Below are positions 27,908 through 32,653 of a stretch of 32,653 nucleotides of DNA, one piece after another. The translations under genes were made by a program, and so were the position numbers. The stretch covers positions 1-32,653 of the forward strand of contig JBGTGT010000034.1 of the NCBI GenBank assembly GCA_041746575.1, given 5' to 3'. The stretch's first letter is position 1; each line of letters starts with the position of its first letter. Origin of the DNA: Microcystaceae cyanobacterium. GTDB taxonomy: Bacteria; Cyanobacteriota; Cyanobacteriia; Cyanobacteriales; Microcystaceae. Under the pieces are notes generated by a model. It saw nothing but the letters and a program-made list of their open reading frames with translations. It was not told the DNA's origin and did no database searches.

Positions 27908-29473
27908 GTGATTTTAGCTAAATTACGACGTTTTAGAGGATTCAGTCTGCTCAGTTTAGCCCTAATTAGTTTTTGGTTTATCTTATCCCTTGGGGCAATC
28001 CCCGTTAACTCTCAAACCCCCACTGTGGCGGTGTGGAAAGTGGCAACTGAACCGACCTTTCCCCCTTTTGAAATGCAATCAGATGACGGTAGTGGCCTGC
28101 AAGGGTTTGATATTGACGTAATGAACGCTATTGGCAAAGCCGCCGGGGTTACAGTAGAATTTGAAGGATTACCCTTTGATGGCATTATTCCTGCTCTTCA
28201 GTCCAATACAATTGATGCGGCTATCAGCGGCATAACCATTACCTCAGAACGCGCTCAATCGGTGGGTTTTTCCAGTCCCTATTTTAAAGCCGGTTTAGCG
28301 ATCGCTGTTCGGGAAGATAATACTACCATTGAAAGTTTTGAAGATCTTAAAAATAAGAAAATTGCCGTACAAATCGGCACAACGGGGGCAATTGAAGCAA
28401 AAAAAATCCCCAGTGCCGCAATTACTGAATTTGACTCTGCGGTTCTTGCACTTCAAGAATTAGTCAACGGCAAGGTTGATGCGGTAGTCAATGACGGGCC
28501 GGTAACGCTTTACGCTATTAAAGAGGCAGGACTAAAAGGGGTAAAAGTGGTTGGGGAATTGGTGACCGAAGAATTCTACGGTATTGCCTTACCTCAAAGT
28601 TCCGAAAATCGGCAATTGATTAACTATGGTTTATTCAAAATCTTAGAAAGTGGGCAATATAAATCCATTTATCAGAAATGGTTCGCTGGTGAGCCGCCTC
28701 AGTTGCCTTTAATTGCCCCTGCAATGGAAGGGTTAACCAGTAGCTTTATTAAAGAGTCTGGCGCAGTAACCGCAACCCCAAATGGTCAGACAGAATCCGT
28801 ATTCGTCCAACTGCTTCGCCGTTTACCTCAAGGAGCGTTATTAACCGTACTTCTAACGGCATTTTCCGTGTTTTTTGGGATGATCGGTGGATCTTTGGTG
28901 GCGTTGGCTTTGATTTCATCCAATAAAATTCTCAGCACAATTTGCCGTTTTTATGTGGAATTTTTCCGTGGCACACCGATGTTGGTGCAGTTATTTATCA
29001 TTTATTTCGGCTTACCGGCTTTATTTCAGCAGTTGGGCATACAATGGAGCTTAGATCGCTTTCCTGCCGCCATTATCGCCTTAAGTCTCAACGTTGCCGC
29101 CTATTTAGCGGAAATTATTCGAGGGGGGATTCAATCAATTGACAGAGGGCAATGGGAAGCCTGTGAATCGCTGGGAATGAGTCCCCTACAAACGATGAAA
29201 GAAGTCGTCTTTCCCCAAGCTTTTCGCCGTATTTTACCCCCTTTGGGCAATGAATTCATTACTTTGATCAAAGATACGAGTTTGACGGCAGTTATCGGTT
29301 TTGTGGAGTTATTCCGTCAAGGACAGCTGATTGTAGCGAGTACTTATCAAGCGTTTGAGGTTTATATTGTGGTTGCCTTGTTTTACCTTATTTTAACCAG
29401 TTTGTCCTCCCTATTGTTTAAATACTTAGAGAGACAAATGGATCCTTTAAGTAGAGCAAAAAAAGCCGCTTGA
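27908..29473 (+). CDS. bgtB: fused substrate-binding/permease amino acid ABC transporter (BgtB-like)
   Basis: SBP family 3 (ATEPTFPPFE, GFDID, VQIGTTG) fused to a permease (FRGTPMLVQL, AEIIRGGIQS, LIKDTSL). Confidence 0.88.
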   Translation: MILAKLRRFRGFSLLSLALISFWFILSLGAIPVNSQTPTVAVWKVATEPTFPPFEMQSDDGSGLQGFDIDVMNAIGKAAGVTVEFEGLPFDGIIPALQSNTIDAAISGITITSERAQSVGFSSPYFKAGLAIAVREDNTTIESFEDLKNKKIAVQIGTTGAIEAKKIPSAAITEFDSAVLALQELVNGKVDAVVNDGPVTLYAIKEAGLKGVKVVGELVTEEFYGIALPQSSENRQLINYGLFKILESGQYKSIYQKWFAGEPPQLPLIAPAMEGLTSSFIKESGAVTATPNGQTESVFVQLLRRLPQGALLTVLLTAFSVFFGMIGGSLVALALISSNKILSTICRFYVEFFRGTPMLVQLFIIYFGLPALFQQLGIQWSLDRFPAAIIALSLNVAAYLAEIIRGGIQSIDRGQWEACESLGMSPLQTMKEVVFPQAFRRILPPLGNEFITLIKDTSLTAVIGFVELFRQGQLIVASTYQAFEVYIVVALFYLILTSLSSLLFKYLERQMDPLSRAKKAA

Positions 29474-29620
29474 TCTGAGAGATGAGGGATAAGGTTAATG
29501 ATGATTTTCCATTCCCTCTTGCCTTTCTAGATGAATGCGTCAAAGCAAGTTAGTACCGAGTTTTTAGGGTTTATTCGGCGATATTTGGGGCTAATTCTCA
29601 TTTAAGTAGGTGATAGCGAG

Positions 29621-29902
29621 TTATCGCTTCTGATAAAAGGGACAATCTTCACAGGGGCCACTCGGATTAACAGCACAGCGAAGATAGGCAGAATGAGCAT
29701 TGTAACAACAAGTAGTATCTCCGATCGCTTTTTGATATCTATCCAATGAGGATAAAGGGGGATTTACCGGCTGATAATATTGATACCGTCGTCGGATTCG
29801 CCTCATTCTTTCGTTAAACCGTTGTTTTTCACGACGGACTAAAATAAAAGCGACTAAGGAAGGGACTAACGCCAATAAAAAGATAAAAATCAACCATTCC
29901 AC
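29621..29902 (-). CDS. DUF6464-like membrane-anchored Cys-rich protein
   Basis: N-terminal TM; IGDTTCCYNAHSAYLRCAVNPSGPCEDC. Confidence 0.78.
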   Translation of the reverse strand: MEWLIFIFLLALVPSLVAFILVRREKQRFNERMRRIRRRYQYYQPVNPPLSSLDRYQKAIGDTTCCYNAHSAYLRCAVNPSGPCEDCPFYQKR

Positions 29903-30204
29903 GATTTTACAAGCTTGTTAGCAACTATTTAGCAAAAAATTTTTAGTTATTCTCTAATCTAGTATAGACACAAAATATTTAAAGGGAAATTAAAGCTTTC
30001 AGGATTTTATGAATTTTTCCCCCTTAGAGGTCTCTGTCTCCTCCTCTTCTTATGATACCTATCAGAATTCAGAACAGGTACAGCAGTTACTACGCAAGGC
30101 AATGATAATCTTAAACAAGGGATTCGTCGTTAGGCGGGAGGCATTGAGTATCTTACGTTTGATTAGGAGTCCTAAAATAAGATAATTCTTGATAAAAATA
30201 AAAG

Positions 30205-30732
30205 ATGAATTTACCGACTTGGATCACCTTTTCTCGTTTAATGGTACTGCCTTTTTTGTTTGTTTTACTGCAAAATCCTACTTTTAATCATCGCTGGATC
30301 AGCGTTATCCTCTTTCTCGTCGCTTGTTTGACAGATTGGTTAGATGGATACTTAGCGCGCAAACTCAATCAAGTAACTGACTTAGGAAAATTTCTAGATC
30401 CTTTGGTGGATAAACTCTTAATTCTAGCTCCTCTTTTGATTTTAATTCAGTTAAAACAAGTTCCTGCTTGGGGGGTTTTCTTAATTCTTCTGCGGGAATT
30501 AGCGATCGCCGGTTGGCGAGTTAATCCGCAATTAAGTGGAGAGTCAACCATTCAGGGCGCAAACATCTGGGGAAAAGCCAAAACCGTCAGTCAAATGGCC
30601 GCTATTGCTTTATTAATTGCCCCCCTTACTTCTCAGTGGAATTTACTCACTTTAATAAGCTTCTGGTTATCGGTCATTTTAACCCTTGTTTCTGGATTAA
30701 TTTATGTTTTACCTCAGCCCAAATCTGAGTAA
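30205..30732 (+). CDS. pgsA: CDP-diacylglycerol--glycerol-3-phosphate 3-phosphatidyltransferase
   Basis: NLPTWITFSR, TDWLDGYLAR...GKFLDPLVDK CDP-alcohol phosphotransferase motif, GKAKTVSQ. Confidence 0.95.
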   Translation: MNLPTWITFSRLMVLPFLFVLLQNPTFNHRWISVILFLVACLTDWLDGYLARKLNQVTDLGKFLDPLVDKLLILAPLLILIQLKQVPAWGVFLILLRELAIAGWRVNPQLSGESTIQGANIWGKAKTVSQMAAIALLIAPLTSQWNLLTLISFWLSVILTLVSGLIYVLPQPKSE

Positions 30733-30801
30733 ACTTTAAATACCTTTTACTTTCAAAGTGCTAAAGCGTACTGAATTGCCGAGAAAGCATGACAATTTGA
30801 T

Positions 30802-30829
30802 CTGACTTTTTACTGACTTTTTACCGACT
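30802..30829 (+). repeat. short tandem repeat, 11-bp unit
   Basis: CTGACTTTTTA CTGACTTTTTA CCGACT. Confidence 0.6.
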
Positions 30830-31117
30830 GACAAAGCAAGGTCGTCGTAGTTAATCTATATATATTCTCTAGATGACACACAATTCTGCTTAGTCTTCAA
30901 AGATTTAAACCCAAACTAAAGGTCAAATCTTTTAGCTTTATCAATTGTACAATTTCAAGACTCACTGTTGATAGTAATTTCCAACGTGAGGGATTAAAAT
31001 GCCAATTGAAAACGAAAAAACTAATTTTCCTATCAATCCTTATCTTCTGGAATTTGTTGTGTCTGAAGAGGATGTCAACCATGATGGCATTAATAACAAC
31101 ATACCTGTAAGAGAGAA

Positions 31118-32035
31118 ATGATCATGTTTGTGAAGCAACCTGTAGTGATTGATTATTTGGATTGGACAAAGTTGATGCCAAATCCACCTATGCTAAGCAG
31201 TTTTCAAGCAAATTGGAGTAACATTCAGCTAGCCCATTACCGTCTCCCCACTCTCGATTTTTCGGAAATATCTAACTCTCAAAACCTTATCATCATTCCG
31301 CTGGGGCATCAGACGGTTGATTTTGACTTGGTTGCAGATGGTTGTGCGCAGACGGTTTCTTATCAAGAAAAAGATTTTGCCAGTGGCTGCATTGAAATCT
31401 ATCCTGCTGACTTATCGATTAGCCTCCATTCCCATCCAACTGTTAAAGCAATGGAATTGATTCAGTGCTATCTTGAACCGACCTTTCTCGCTCAAATTGC
31501 CCATGAATCGGTGAACCCTGATCGCATTGAACTATTACTAACACCGAAAAAAGTCGATGGATTAATCTGCCAAATGGGTTTAGCACTCAAGTTAAGTTTA
31601 GAAATGGATGGAGTTGGCAGTCGCTTCTACGCCGATTCGATTGCAACGGCACTGTCGGCTCATCTACTACGTTATTATTCTACTCGCAAGCATCATTTTC
31701 AAGACTATGAAGATGGCTTATCCAAACAAAAGTTAAAACAAGCTCTGGAGTATATACAGGAGCATTTAGGTGAAGATTTATCTTTGAATGACATCGCCAC
31801 CGAACTGAAAATGAGTCAATATTATTTCTGTCATTTATTTAAACGCTCTACTGGATTATCTCCCCATCAATACTTAATTCGTCAACGAATAGAACAAGCC
31901 AAACACTTACTAAAAAACCCAGAACGAACCATTACTTTCGTCGCGATGGAGTGTGGTTTTGCTAATCCGAGTCATTTTGCCAAGTGTTTTCGCCAAGTCA
32001 CGAGGATGAACCCTAAACAGTTTCGTAAGTCATAG
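31118..32035 (+). CDS. AraC-family transcriptional regulator
   Basis: C-terminal double HTH (LSLNDIA...YYFCHLFKRSTGLSPHQY...CGFANPSHFAKCFR). Confidence 0.95.
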   Translation: MIMFVKQPVVIDYLDWTKLMPNPPMLSSFQANWSNIQLAHYRLPTLDFSEISNSQNLIIIPLGHQTVDFDLVADGCAQTVSYQEKDFASGCIEIYPADLSISLHSHPTVKAMELIQCYLEPTFLAQIAHESVNPDRIELLLTPKKVDGLICQMGLALKLSLEMDGVGSRFYADSIATALSAHLLRYYSTRKHHFQDYEDGLSKQKLKQALEYIQEHLGEDLSLNDIATELKMSQYYFCHLFKRSTGLSPHQYLIRQRIEQAKHLLKNPERTITFVAMECGFANPSHFAKCFRQVTRMNPKQFRKS

Positions 32036-32062
32036 CAAGATTTTGTTCAAAGTCGCAAGAAT
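32035..32062 (+). promoter_or_regulatory. putative AraC binding direct repeat
   Basis: GCAAGA at 32035 and 32055 (20-bp period); TAGAGT -10-like hexamer at 32090-32095. Confidence 0.55.
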
Positions 32063-32167
32063 ATAGGCGACTGAATAGAAAAGGTCGGCTAGAGTAAGAG
32101 GATATCGAGGCAGTGTATTTACTGATCTTTATCGTAACTCATATAACTTTTTGGGGGACTTTTTATC

Positions 32168-32389
32168 ATGTATGATCCCTTAACGGAAGGGGGACTAAAT
32201 CCCGCTAACTTGCAGAAAATTTCCAGCTTTTCAAGAAGTTTTGTTTTAGGCTCTCAGTTCGTTCGATTGCCAGAAGATCCCGTCTTACCAACTATTCCCA
32301 ACATTGGCAGTTTCGTCTTAGGCTCTCAGTTTGTTCGATTGCCAGGAGATCCCGTCTTACCAACTACACCTAACGGCTTTGATTTTTAA
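32168..32389 (+). CDS. 73-aa peptide: 23-aa leader-like segment plus two 24-aa tandem repeats
   Basis: GGGGGA RBS-like sequence; repeat differences are mostly synonymous. Confidence 0.75.
   Translation: MYDPLTEGGLNPANLQKISSFSRSFVLGSQFVRLPEDPVLPTIPNIGSFVLGSQFVRLPGDPVLPTTPNGFDF
32237..32374 (+). repeat. 72-bp coding tandem repeat (about 1.9 copies)
   Basis: Units start at 32237 and 32309; 7 nucleotide differences over 66 aligned bases. Confidence 0.95.
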
Positions 32390-32597
32390 GTAGTTTGATT
32401 GGGTAAGTACATCAAGAAAATTTTAATTATAAATTAATGTGGATTAGGGCTAAATAATAAGACTTGAATGACAAGACTTTTAGGAGCAAAACCCATCTCT
32501 ACAATTTTTTAGATAATTAGTTTTTGTACTTATTTATCCAAAATTAACTTTTGTGATACTTAGCAGTTAAAAATAATATCTACAAAGAGGTAGTAAC

Positions 32598-32653
32598 ATG
32601 ACCCCTAAAAACGCCAGAATCAATACCCATATTAACGCTTATCTTCTTGAAGT
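32598..32653 (+). CDS. 5' part of a CDS running off the right edge (MTPKNARINTHINAYLLE...)
   Basis: GAGG RBS at 32587-32590, ATG at 32598, open to the window edge. Confidence 0.55.
   Translation, partial: MTPKNARINTHINAYLLE

Noticed and set aside
856..29142. Short ORFs nested in or antisense to long genes (e.g. 856, 3644, 3696, 4754, 9421, 10038, 16311, 17498, 21517, 25371, 28942)
   Set aside because: Fully overlap well-supported genes and have no independent motifs
3781..30509. Recurrent GCGATCGC octamer
   Set aside because: HIP1, expected in cyanobacteria; useful only as a taxonomic cue
30897..31082. 61-aa minus-strand ORF upstream of araC
   Set aside because: AT-rich, with no RBS or motif; likely chance
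32237..32374. Possible CRISPR array in the 72-bp repeat
   Set aside because: Units are contiguous with no unique spacers, and variation is codon-patterned

Overview
Cyanobacterial chromosomal window (about 16 HIP1 GCGATCGC octamers counted by eye; chlD, hli, sigB, glgB, bgtAB-type genes), mostly core genes. Four accessory signals stand out. (1) A tnpA-less IS200/IS605 element with an intact-looking TnpB at 147-1598 ends exactly at the ATG of a host gene and carries two in-frame hairpin insertions. (2) A 199-bp element with Tn7-like/type V-K CAST-like ends (24862-25060) sits 63 bp downstream of a GGTA PAM inside tRNA-Pro(UGG), which looks like a collapsed CAST homing scar or mini-element. (3) An AraC regulator is followed by a 73-aa peptide made of a leader plus two 24-aa repeats, a possible RiPP-like precursor whose locus runs off the window. 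(4) Several small proteins are missing from the ORF track or unexplained: HLIP, a 37-aa membrane peptide, and a secreted 18-mer repeat protein. All family assignments come from motif recognition and recall, not database searches.
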